A DNA stretch of 64,000 nt, from the IMG/VR virus record IMGVR_UViG_2645727757_000001, positions 96,001 to 160,000 of that record. One strand, written 5' to 3'. The notes below the pieces were generated by a model. It was given only the letters and a program-made list of their open reading frames with translations, was not told the DNA's origin and did no database searches. This stretch comes from a virus. Its lineage: Duplodnaviria > Caudoviricetes. The position numbers and the translations under genes are program-made. This document shows positions 39,049 to 48,122 of the stretch, piece by piece; within the stretch, counting starts at the first letter, position 1, and every line of letters starts with the position of its first letter.

Positions 39049-39091
39049 AAATGTTACAAACATAAAGATTTATGAAGTATATAAAAAGGTA
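39049..39091 (+). promoter_or_regulatory. conserved putative phage promoter motif, copy B (head of virion operon)
   Basis: 37/43 identical to 29078-29120. Confidence 0.65.
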
Positions 39092-39112
39092 AGAGGTTCT
39101 GTAAAAAATGAG

Positions 39113-39382
39113 GTGTGTTTTATGAATCATTTACTGATTGCTGAAAGGGTAAAAGCAGAAGAGGAAATAAAGAAACAAAAACATTTAAATTCATTAATGA
39201 AAAATAAAATAAAAAGCGAAAAAGAATCTATATATGATATTGTCGGAGAACAAAGAGCTATACTTAATCCAGAAGTTATAGGGGATAGTACTTATACTTA
39301 CGACAAGTTAAAAAGCAAAATCATATATAACAAAGGCGGAGATAAATACCTAACAAGAGGTAAGAATCTAATAGTACGGTAG
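39113..39382 (+). CDS. hypothetical protein, first gene of late operon
   Basis: GAGGTG RBS, likely ATG start at 39122. Confidence 0.65.
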   Translation: MCFMNHLLIAERVKAEEEIKKQKHLNSLMKNKIKSEKESIYDIVGEQRAILNPEVIGDSTYTYDKLKSKIIYNKGGDKYLTRGKNLIVR

Positions 39383-39385
39383 GGG

Positions 39386-40024
39386 GTGCATATTTTGAGT
39401 GATTATGATGTTTGGGATGTAGATAAGGATATAGCAGAAAAAGCATCAAGAAAAATAAAATTAAAACATGGAATGTTTGCATCTGTACCATTAGTATGCA
39501 AAGGTAAAAATTGTCCTTATTTAGAAGTTTGTTCTATAGATGAAGAAAATTTAAAACCTGGTGGCAGATGTCCTATTGAAGCAGGTGCAATTGTTGAAAG
39601 ATTTAAAACTTGGTGTGAACATTTTGCCATTGATATTAATGGAGAAACTATAAAGAGAGAAGATATAGCAGACGTTAGTTTAGTTAAAGACTTAGTAGAA
39701 AATGAAATACAGATAATAAGAGCCGAAAATAAAATAGCACTTAATGGTGATTTTTTAGCTTTAACTATAGTAGATGTAGACAAATATGGTGACGAACACA
39801 AAGAACTTGCAGCTACACCAGAAGTTAAATACAAAATGGAGTTGCAAGATAAAAGATATAAAATATTACAGCTTTTAAATGCAACACGTAAAGATAAAAT
39901 AAAAGAGGCAAATGGAGCAACTAATGTAAGTGCAAAGGGATTAGCGGTTATTGAAAAAATAGATAAAAAACTTGAAGAAATGAATAAACTTAAAGGTTCT
40001 TTGAATAAACAAGGAGGTGAATAA
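39386..40024 (+). CDS. putative terminase small subunit
   Basis: KHGMFASVPLVC...CPY...C...CPIE Cys cluster and helical C-terminus ATR; upstream of TerL. Confidence 0.6.
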   Translation: MHILSDYDVWDVDKDIAEKASRKIKLKHGMFASVPLVCKGKNCPYLEVCSIDEENLKPGGRCPIEAGAIVERFKTWCEHFAIDINGETIKREDIADVSLVKDLVENEIQIIRAENKIALNGDFLALTIVDVDKYGDEHKELAATPEVKYKMELQDKRYKILQLLNATRKDKIKEANGATNVSAKGLAVIEKIDKKLEEMNKLKGSLNKQGGE

Positions 40025-40027
40025 ATT

Positions 40028-40570
40028 TTGGCTAACACATCTGTAAAACAAATGGGTGTATTTAAAAAGGCATTAAATTTACTAAGTCCTGCAAATGCAA
40101 AAGAAGCTGGGTTTAGAGCTGTACAGGAAAATATAAATGCAAGAAAAGCTATGCTTAATAATATTGATTCAGCTTTTAAAACTGTCATTACAGACAGTTC
40201 AAAAGAAGCTAGTGAGAAAGCAATGAAAACTCTTAAAAATCATGGCTTTAGACCTAAAGACGGAGAAGATATTGTTGAAGCAGCTACAGCATTTCAAGCT
40301 AAAGCACAATCTTTTAAACCAGATGAAAAATTATTTAAATCTAATAGAAAAGAGTTTCTTAAAAAAGATCATTTGTCTAAACCAGATTTTGTTGCTGGAG
40401 CAGCCAAAGATTATTTAACCAATGGAAGTAAAGCAGAGTTAGCAGCTAGATATGGAACAATGGCTGGTGGATATATAGGTGCTTCTCTTGGAACTAGATA
40501 TGCGACAGGTGGAACTGCAACTAGAAATAGTAAAGGTGAAAGAGATATTGCAGGTGTTCCATTTATCTAA
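40028..40570 (+). CDS. hypothetical virion-associated protein
   Basis: Ala/Gly-rich; C-terminal RYATGG...N..GERDIAGVPFI. Confidence 0.7.
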   Translation: MANTSVKQMGVFKKALNLLSPANAKEAGFRAVQENINARKAMLNNIDSAFKTVITDSSKEASEKAMKTLKNHGFRPKDGEDIVEAATAFQAKAQSFKPDEKLFKSNRKEFLKKDHLSKPDFVAGAAKDYLTNGSKAELAARYGTMAGGYIGASLGTRYATGGTATRNSKGERDIAGVPFI

Positions 40571-40577
40571 ATAGAGG

Positions 40578-41051
40578 GTGATATATATGAGTTTTATGGA
40601 TACATTGAAAATTATAGCAAACGCTGGAATAAACAGAGGCGAAGAGGTTTTAAAAGCAAGTAAAATGAAGTTTAAAAATAAACCAGATAAAATTTTAGGT
40701 GGATTATTTGAGAAGGTTGATGGAAAAAATGCAACTGAAATGTATGAAAAAATATCTGGTTACAAATTAAACAAAACTGCTGGAATTGTGGGAGCTTTAG
40801 GTGTTACTGGTTTAGCAGCTACATCTATAGGATTTAAGGCTTATCATAAGGGAAGTCTTGGGTACATAAGTGGTGGTGAGTTACCTAATACAGTAAATCA
40901 AAGTAGAACTCCTAAACTTATGCAAGACCTAGAAAAAATAGGAACTCCAGAGGGAGCGGGAATTCAAGGAGAATTAGAAGAATCTATGAATCTGTCCCAA
41001 GAAGGAGTTGAACCAGAAATAGTCTTCGCTCTACATCAATTAAGGAATTAG
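40578..41051 (+). CDS. hypothetical virion-associated protein
   Basis: Gly-rich hydrophobic stretch; ends IVFALHQLR. Confidence 0.7.
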   Translation: MIYMSFMDTLKIIANAGINRGEEVLKASKMKFKNKPDKILGGLFEKVDGKNATEMYEKISGYKLNKTAGIVGALGVTGLAATSIGFKAYHKGSLGYISGGELPNTVNQSRTPKLMQDLEKIGTPEGAGIQGELEESMNLSQEGVEPEIVFALHQLRN

Positions 41052-41486
41052 GTGAATTGTATGGGAAAGGGAACAGGATTATATAAAAAGACAATAGGCA
41101 AATGGGGAGCATTAAATACAGGATTTATGGTCTTAGGTGGTATAGGATCATACTCATATTCAAGACAGGAGGGACATGGGGTAGCTTATAGCCTTGGAAA
41201 AACAGTAGTTGATGAAATATTTTATTCAACTCCAGTTGGTAAGGCAGCTTTTGCAGCTCAATTAGTTGGTATGGGAGCTGGTTTTGTTATGGATAACGGA
41301 CGTAAAAATGCAAGAGTAAGCCATAATGCCTATAGAAGTAATTTTGGAGGAAATTATTCTCAAAGCAAAAATGGCTATACTATGAGGCAAAGAGGTTTAA
41401 ATGCTATAAACAACGCTGGTGTAAATGCACAACAAGCTCTAGGTTCAGAAGCTAGAACATTCCATAGATCACACTATTATGATTAA
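41052..41486 (+). CDS. hypothetical virion-associated protein
   Basis: Gly-rich; TMRQR...AI.......ALGSEA..FH C-terminus. Confidence 0.7.
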   Translation: MNCMGKGTGLYKKTIGKWGALNTGFMVLGGIGSYSYSRQEGHGVAYSLGKTVVDEIFYSTPVGKAAFAAQLVGMGAGFVMDNGRKNARVSHNAYRSNFGGNYSQSKNGYTMRQRGLNAINNAGVNAQQALGSEARTFHRSHYYD

Positions 41487-43353
41487 TTCAATATTAGATT
41501 TCAATAATTTACAGATAGATAGCTTAGTTGAGGAATTATCTAAGCTTGATAAATCTATTGATAAAGAGTTAAAGGAGCTTTTAGATGTACTAGATGTTAC
41601 AAAGCAAGAAGCTTTAGAGTATCTAGTAAGCAATGATCCTAAACTATGGGCTAAAGTTTATTTAGATTGGGAAGCTAGAGATTACCAGATAACCATATTA
41701 GACCAAGGTAAAAAATCTAAGAAATTAGTTCTAAGATTAGGAAGAAGACTTGGGAAGACAGAATGTATGTGTATCTTGATTTTATGGTACGCATATAGAC
41801 AGATAAATGCTTGTGAAGAAGGAAGATATGACATACTAATAATCACTCCATATGAAGCACAAGTTGACCTTATTTTCGATAGATTGAAGCAATTAATAGA
41901 TGCTTCACCTCTATTAAAAGGAATGGTTACAAGAGATGTTTACCATAGAATTGAGCTATCAAATGGAACTAAGATTAAAGGGATGACAGCAGGTTCAAAA
42001 AGTGGTTCTGGCGCAGCAAGTAGTAGAGGACAACACGCTGATTTATTGGTATTAGATGAAGTAGATTACATGGGTTCAAGTCAAATCACAAATATTCTAA
42101 ACATTAGAAATGAAAACCCAGAAAAGATACGTCTTTTAACAGCTTCAACTCCTTGTGGAAAACATGAAGAATATTGGGAATGGTGTATGAAAGCATCCCG
42201 AACCTATTACCCATCAAAAGAAGATATTGAAAATTATCAATTTAATGGTTATCAATGTGATGAAAGAAAAGATGGTAACGGTTGGGTACAAGTATATTCT
42301 CCATCCACAGTTAACAAGGAACTTCTAAAAATCAATGAAGATACTAATAGAACTTATATTGAGGATATTAGAAGTGAGTTATCTGAAATGAGATTCCTTC
42401 AAGAAGTTATGGCAGAGTTTGGAGAAGAAGAGGCTGGTGTTTATCGTAAAGAATTTATTGAAGCAGCAGTTGAAGAAGGAAAAAGAATAAACCATAGATA
42501 CATCTTAGATAAAGGCGATGATTATGTAAGAGAATATTGCAAGAGTAAGGTACATTCCAAATTCTTACTCGGTGTTGACTGGGATAAATATGCAGCGGGT
42601 ACAAATATTGCCTGTATTGAATATGATCCTTATTTTAAAAATAAATTTGGAATGAGAGAGCCTAAATTTATTGTTTTATTTAGAGTAGAAATACCTAAAT
42701 CAAGGTTTACTTATACAGAAGCAGTTAATAAAATAATTGAATTAAATGATTTGGTAAACTTTGATCATATTGCCATAGATAGGGGGTACGGAGAAGTACA
42801 GCTAGAAATGTTAAAAAAGTACGGAATAGCTAACCCTACATCTGGTTTGGATGAAAAGGTTATTGGATACCAATTCGGACAAAAGATTTCTGTAAGGGAC
42901 CCACATACAGGAAAGAAGGATGAAAAACCGCTTAAACCATTTATGGTAAATAATTCAGTTATAACATTTGAAAAACAAAAAATAGTATTTGATCCTACAG
43001 ATGAAGAGATTGTAAGACAGTTTGGAGCGTATATTGTAGAAAACGTAAGCTCTACTGGTATTCCTATATTCTCTAGCAAAGATGAACATATCATTGATGC
43101 TGTTAATCTAGCACTATTAGTATTTGAACAAAACTATAGTGATTTAATGAGAATAATAAGAACTTCAAAAGTATCTATATTAGGACCAATCTTAGGTAGA
43201 GAAGATTCAGTTATTAAGGAAAGAGATTTTACAAATTATGAAAATAGCTATGAGTATCTTGAAAGGGACTATGCTAAAGCAAAAGTCATAAGAGGAAGTA
43301 AAAGTTTTAATGGAGGATATAGAAAGTTTAATTTTGACAGGAGGTCTTTTTAA
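41479..43353 (+). CDS. terL: terminase large subunit
   Basis: RDYQ, GRRLGKT Walker A, LVLDEVD Walker B, STP motif, GVDW RNase-H Asp, DRGYG, DEHIIDA. Confidence 0.95.
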   Translation: MINSILDFNNLQIDSLVEELSKLDKSIDKELKELLDVLDVTKQEALEYLVSNDPKLWAKVYLDWEARDYQITILDQGKKSKKLVLRLGRRLGKTECMCILILWYAYRQINACEEGRYDILIITPYEAQVDLIFDRLKQLIDASPLLKGMVTRDVYHRIELSNGTKIKGMTAGSKSGSGAASSRGQHADLLVLDEVDYMGSSQITNILNIRNENPEKIRLLTASTPCGKHEEYWEWCMKASRTYYPSKEDIENYQFNGYQCDERKDGNGWVQVYSPSTVNKELLKINEDTNRTYIEDIRSELSEMRFLQEVMAEFGEEEAGVYRKEFIEAAVEEGKRINHRYILDKGDDYVREYCKSKVHSKFLLGVDWDKYAAGTNIACIEYDPYFKNKFGMREPKFIVLFRVEIPKSRFTYTEAVNKIIELNDLVNFDHIAIDRGYGEVQLEMLKKYGIANPTSGLDEKVIGYQFGQKISVRDPHTGKKDEKPLKPFMVNNSVITFEKQKIVFDPTDEEIVRQFGAYIVENVSSTGIPIFSSKDEHIIDAVNLALLVFEQNYSDLMRIIRTSKVSILGPILGREDSVIKERDFTNYENSYEYLERDYAKAKVIRGSKSFNGGYRKFNFDRRSF

Positions 43354-44324
43354 TGGATATAGCGTCAGAGATATTATCATATAGACCTAAAATAAAACAA
43401 CATAGGAATAAATCTATTGAACATATAACAATAGAAAATATATCTGGAGATACATCATCTTATTGTTTTAATTCGGCTTTTGATAATAAGCCTAGTGTTA
43501 CAATACAAAGCATAAAAAATGATATTTTATATTGCAAAGATGTGTTAAATGATTTAGAGCTTAAAGCAGTTAATAAGTATGGTGGAAGTGGCTTTAATGA
43601 TAAGCTAGATGATTTGATTAAGGAAAATGATTGCATAGGTGGAGATAATGTTTATGAGGTATACAAAATAGTAAGGGATGACTACAAGGCATTATCAAGT
43701 TTATACGATACTTATGTCAATCTCTTATTTGGATATGATGATCCTAAGACCATAGAAAATAATTTATTACAACAAATAACTGAATTAGAAACAGGAGAGT
43801 ATGAAGATAGGGAATGTATAAATTACACTCTTATGGCTTATGATTCACTTGTAAGTTCAGTTTTAATAAATTATTCATCATCTATATCAAGGTTGACAAA
43901 GGAATTTTACGATACTATTGATAAAAATATTGATGATGAAATAACAAATCATTCAGATAGCATGGCAAGAATATTTAAAGAAAAATTTGAAAGAGCTAAT
44001 AAAAACAATATAGCAAGAAGAGAACAATGCAATTCTGATAATCTTATTAAAATAAATAATATTTTATGCAACATATTTGAACAAAGGGACATTATAGAAG
44101 ATGTACAAGCAACATATGTTGACATAGATAAGAGCAATCCATCTGACTATATAACTATATTAATTCAAGCATTGAATGATGAAATTAATCTAGGTTTTGA
44201 TATGATAAACGATTTAATAAAAACAACAATTCTTACCGTTGTTAGCAGGGAAGAATATAATAAAATTTTATGTGAAAAAGAAAATTTAAATATATACTAT
44301 GAAAAAATAATCGGAGGTGTATAA
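43353..44324 (+). CDS. hypothetical helical protein
   Basis: 323 aa, coupled to terL. Confidence 0.7.
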   Translation: MDIASEILSYRPKIKQHRNKSIEHITIENISGDTSSYCFNSAFDNKPSVTIQSIKNDILYCKDVLNDLELKAVNKYGGSGFNDKLDDLIKENDCIGGDNVYEVYKIVRDDYKALSSLYDTYVNLLFGYDDPKTIENNLLQQITELETGEYEDRECINYTLMAYDSLVSSVLINYSSSISRLTKEFYDTIDKNIDDEITNHSDSMARIFKEKFERANKNNIARREQCNSDNLIKINNILCNIFEQRDIIEDVQATYVDIDKSNPSDYITILIQALNDEINLGFDMINDLIKTTILTVVSREEYNKILCEKENLNIYYEKIIGGV

Positions 44325-44326
44325 AA

Positions 44327-44386
44327 ATGGGTTGTAAAACTAAGAAAACTACAAAAAAGAAAACTACAAAAAAGAAAGGAAAATAG
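44327..44386 (+). CDS. tiny Lys-rich peptide (19 aa, not in ORF track)
   Basis: GGAGGT RBS 8 nt upstream; MGCKTKKTTKKKTTKKKGK. Confidence 0.5.
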   Translation: MGCKTKKTTKKKTTKKKGK

Positions 44387-44389
44387 TAT

Positions 44390-44623
44390 ATGGCTGTTAA
44401 GAGAAGAAGAGAAAAGAAAAATAAAATGAAAGAGCTTATCAAAAATAGTAGAAAGATAAAATGCTGTTTCTGTGATGCAAAAGAAAATTGCAAAAGAAGA
44501 GCATACAAGGAGAAAAGCGAAGAAATGGGTATAAATACTTATTGCAGCATTACTCCTAATAAGAAAAAGAAAGTTAAAAAGAAAAAGAAGAGCTTTATGG
44601 AAAAAGCAATTTTTAGCTTATAA
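44390..44623 (+). CDS. basic Cys-rich small protein
   Basis: KCCFC....C...YC..TPN, Lys/Arg-rich. Confidence 0.7.
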   Translation: MAVKRRREKKNKMKELIKNSRKIKCCFCDAKENCKRRAYKEKSEEMGINTYCSITPNKKKKVKKKKKSFMEKAIFSL

Positions 44624-45140
44624 ACTTATATTTCTATAGAAATATATAATTATACTTATATAATTTAATATTTTTATATAAATATATTTATATAAAAATA
44701 TAGATATATAAAAATATACAAATTTAAATATATAAAATTATAGATATATAAATATATAGATATATAGATATATAGATATATAAAATTATATTTTAAAAAG
44801 TATATTTTAAAAAGTATATAAAAGCTAATAAATGTAGGATAATACCCTATATTTATATATTTTTTAACTTTCAGAGGAATATTTAACCATATATAGATAA
44901 AAATTACTATGGAATTTTTATCGTGTAGATTATTAATTGTTTTTATAAGAGATATAAATTTATAAATAATATATTTATATCTCTATAAAACAATAAATAT
45001 ATTATTTATTAAAAATATATTTTTATAATTATATAAAACAATATAAATATAATTTTATATTTATAAAATTTAATAAATAAATAATTATATAAAAATATAA
45101 ATTTATATTTATATATGTATATAAATATTGATTTATATGT

Positions 45141-46094
45141 TTGGGAGGGGAATTTATGATAGACGTTGGACTTAAAAAAGCACTTAAAGTAGCTGTTCGT
45201 GGTGGTCATAATAAATTAGTACCTGGTTCTAATGGCTTAATAAATGAAGTTACAGAGGACAGATTAGTAAAAAATGAAGTAGTAGCATTACTTAAAAATA
45301 TTAAGAATGTAAGTGTACTTGATGTAACTTCTGAAACTTCTAATACTATTAATTCAGATTTAGCATATGGAGTTTCAAAAGCTAATTCATGGGGTGCTCA
45401 TACATTTGTATCTATTCACTTTAATAATGCCTACAAAACATATAAAGGTGCTATAGGACATGAAACATTAGTCTATGGAACAGCATCAGCTAGAGCAAAG
45501 GCTATTCAAAAAAATATTGTTTCACTTGGTTTTAAAGATAGAGGTGTAAAGAAAAGACCTGATTTATATGAACTTAGAATGACAGATATGGAAGCTATGA
45601 TTGTTGAAGTATGCTTCGTAGAAGCTACAGAAGATGTTGCTTTATATAAGAAAGTAGGATATAAAGCTATAGCTAAAAAAATAGTAGAAGGTATAGTCGG
45701 TGCAAAAATAGATGAAGCACAAAAACCAGTACCATCAAAACCAGCACCATCAAAACCTAAAGAGACTTGGGAAAATTATATTACAGGAGAAGATGTTAAG
45801 TCTCTTCAAAAAGAATTAAATTCTCAATTCAATGCAGGACTAAGTGTTGATGGTTACTTTGGAGATAATACAATAGCTAAACTAGTAATTGTAAAAAGAG
45901 GTGCTAGTGGAAGCATAACTAAAATAATTCAAAAGAGATTAACAGCTAAAAAATTCAATGTCGGCAAAGCTGGATGTGATGGAGTTTTTGGAGCTGGTAC
46001 TGAAACTGCTGTAAAGGAAATCCAAAAAGTTAATAAGCTAACTATAGATGGGATAGTTGGAACTAACACTTGGAAAGCTTTATATAGAAAATAA
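45141..46094 (+). CDS. endolysin, Amidase_3 with two peptidoglycan-binding (PG_binding_1) repeats
   Basis: GGH, E, SIHFN, VEVCF zinc-amidase residues; DGYFG..T, DGVFG..T, DGIVG..TW; likely ATG start at 45156. Confidence 0.95.
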   Translation: MGGEFMIDVGLKKALKVAVRGGHNKLVPGSNGLINEVTEDRLVKNEVVALLKNIKNVSVLDVTSETSNTINSDLAYGVSKANSWGAHTFVSIHFNNAYKTYKGAIGHETLVYGTASARAKAIQKNIVSLGFKDRGVKKRPDLYELRMTDMEAMIVEVCFVEATEDVALYKKVGYKAIAKKIVEGIVGAKIDEAQKPVPSKPAPSKPKETWENYITGEDVKSLQKELNSQFNAGLSVDGYFGDNTIAKLVIVKRGASGSITKIIQKRLTAKKFNVGKAGCDGVFGAGTETAVKEIQKVNKLTIDGIVGTNTWKALYRK

Positions 46095-46114
46095 TCAAGA
46101 AAGGGGGGAAACGT

Positions 46115-46324
46115 ATGAAAGACAGACTTAAAAATATAGGATTTTGGACATCATTAATCGCATTAATTCCAATAGTAGGAATGATGTTTTTTGATTATTC
46201 ATTCCCACCGGAATACGAGGCATTTGGAAATTCCTTAGTAGCTTTACTAGTTGCTTTAGGAATAGTAAACAACCCTACAACTAGAAACAAAGGATTCTTT
46301 GATGATAAGAAAGATAAGCAATGA
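46115..46324 (+). CDS. holin
   Basis: RLKN.GFW.SL...LVALGIVNNPTT...GF.D holin signature. Confidence 0.9.
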   Translation: MKDRLKNIGFWTSLIALIPIVGMMFFDYSFPPEYEAFGNSLVALLVALGIVNNPTTRNKGFFDDKKDKQ

Positions 46325-48120
46325 TAATTACAGATAAAATAAAGAAATGGATGATGAAAAGCCTATTTAATATAGGTGTAAAAGCTGGGTATGAAGCATC
46401 TGTAAAAGATGCTTCAACTCAATCTTATGATGAGATTTCTGGTATAGTCGGAAGGGTTGGGCTAAGAAACGGGGATTCTCAAAGTAATGATTTTGAGGAA
46501 GCTGAATATGACTTAGAAGTTATAAGTAATGCTTACGATGGTGATGCGTATATAAGACAAGGTGTCGATAAATACGTTGACCAAGTATTTAAAGAAGGAC
46601 ATGGGTTTTATGGAAAAGATGAAGGTGCTGTTGAGTATATAAAAGCTAGATTCCAGTATATGTCTGAAACAACAAAAGTTCCTACAGAACAATTATTAAT
46701 AGAAATAGTTGAGGATGTAGTTAAATTCTCGAATGCTATGGTAGTTAAAGTTAGAATGAAAGACCAAAAGGAGTTACCACAAGGTTATAACATAACTGGA
46801 ATAAACGGTAATGAGCCTACGGTTGGGCTTTTCTGTATTAACCCAACAACATTAACTGTAAAAAGAGATAAATATGGAACAGTAAAGCAATGGCAACAAG
46901 AAGTTGATGGTTCTGATACTAAAGCTAAGTTTAATGCAGCAGATGTTGTACATTTCTATTATAAGAGAGAAAGGGGTAATGCCTTTGGAACACCTTTCTT
47001 ACATTCTGTATTAGATGATGTAAGAGCTTTAAGACAAGCAGAAGAAAATGCATTAAAAATGCTTTATAGAAATGTTTATCCTTTAATCCATGCACAAATA
47101 GGAGATAAAGAAAAAACAGGAACAAAAAAAGAAATAAGTGAATTTACAGATACAGCTAACAGTATGGATGTTGAAACTGGAATCTTAGTTACAAGTGAAA
47201 GAGTTAATCTTAAACCAATAGCAACTGACCAAGTTGTAGAGAGTGCTCCTTATTTGGAGTATCTAGAACAAAGAGTTTTCTCTGGAATGGGTATACCAGC
47301 TATTTTATTTGGTAGAGGTGAAGGTGCTAGTAGAAGTACTGGTGACAATATGACTACAGAAATGGCTGGAAGAGTTAGAGCTATACAAAGAACAATAGAA
47401 ATGTTCTTTAATGGTTTTATAATAAGAGAAATGCTATTAGAAGGTGGCTATGATCCACTATTAAATCCAGATCACAACGTTGAATTTAGATTCAAGGAAA
47501 ATGATGTTGATACATTAATTAAAAAAGATGTACACGCAGTATACCTATATGAACATAATGCTATAGATGAAAATGAAATGAGGTCATTACTTGGAAGAGA
47601 TCCTGTAACGGATAGAAGTTTAATGCACCAAAACCTAATAACAAACGAAAATTACGAGGTACAAGCCGAAATAGATGCTAGATATGAGAATAGCACATCT
47701 ACAAGTACTAGCACATCTACAAGTACTAGTAACTCTACTGCAAGTAAAACTAGTGAAACTGACTCAAAAGAAACTCCAACAAATCAACACGGAACAAAAA
47801 GCTCACCTAAAAAACAAACAAATTCCCAATTAGATATGTTAGAAGGAATAATAAAAGATGAATTTGACAATGTAATAGATCACTCCAGAGGAAAAAACGG
47901 AGAAAGATTGTCATTTGAAATAAAAAACTTATATGATTCTATAAAAATAATGTCAGAAATGTTACAAATTTACAATTCGGAAGAGTATATAAAAAGAGTA
48001 GAAGGATATTTAAATTCAAAAGCAGATTATATTAGTCAAATAAATAATTATGAAGAGAATTTAAATACATTAGCTTCTATGAAAGAAGAAGTTGTAAATA
48101 TTTTGAGAAAGGAGATATAA
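46321..48120 (+). CDS. portal protein
   Basis: DVVHF...AFGTPFL..VLDDVRALR..EE; GMGIP...FG; position before the protease. Confidence 0.9.
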   Translation: MIITDKIKKWMMKSLFNIGVKAGYEASVKDASTQSYDEISGIVGRVGLRNGDSQSNDFEEAEYDLEVISNAYDGDAYIRQGVDKYVDQVFKEGHGFYGKDEGAVEYIKARFQYMSETTKVPTEQLLIEIVEDVVKFSNAMVVKVRMKDQKELPQGYNITGINGNEPTVGLFCINPTTLTVKRDKYGTVKQWQQEVDGSDTKAKFNAADVVHFYYKRERGNAFGTPFLHSVLDDVRALRQAEENALKMLYRNVYPLIHAQIGDKEKTGTKKEISEFTDTANSMDVETGILVTSERVNLKPIATDQVVESAPYLEYLEQRVFSGMGIPAILFGRGEGASRSTGDNMTTEMAGRVRAIQRTIEMFFNGFIIREMLLEGGYDPLLNPDHNVEFRFKENDVDTLIKKDVHAVYLYEHNAIDENEMRSLLGRDPVTDRSLMHQNLITNENYEVQAEIDARYENSTSTSTSTSTSTSNSTASKTSETDSKETPTNQHGTKSSPKKQTNSQLDMLEGIIKDEFDNVIDHSRGKNGERLSFEIKNLYDSIKIMSEMLQIYNSEEYIKRVEGYLNSKADYISQINNYEENLNTLASMKEEVVNILRKEI

Positions 48121-48122
48121 GG

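Noticed and set aside
47691-47730. 18-bp tandem repeat in the portal gene
   Set aside because: Encodes an in-frame Ser/Thr low-complexity linker; ordinary
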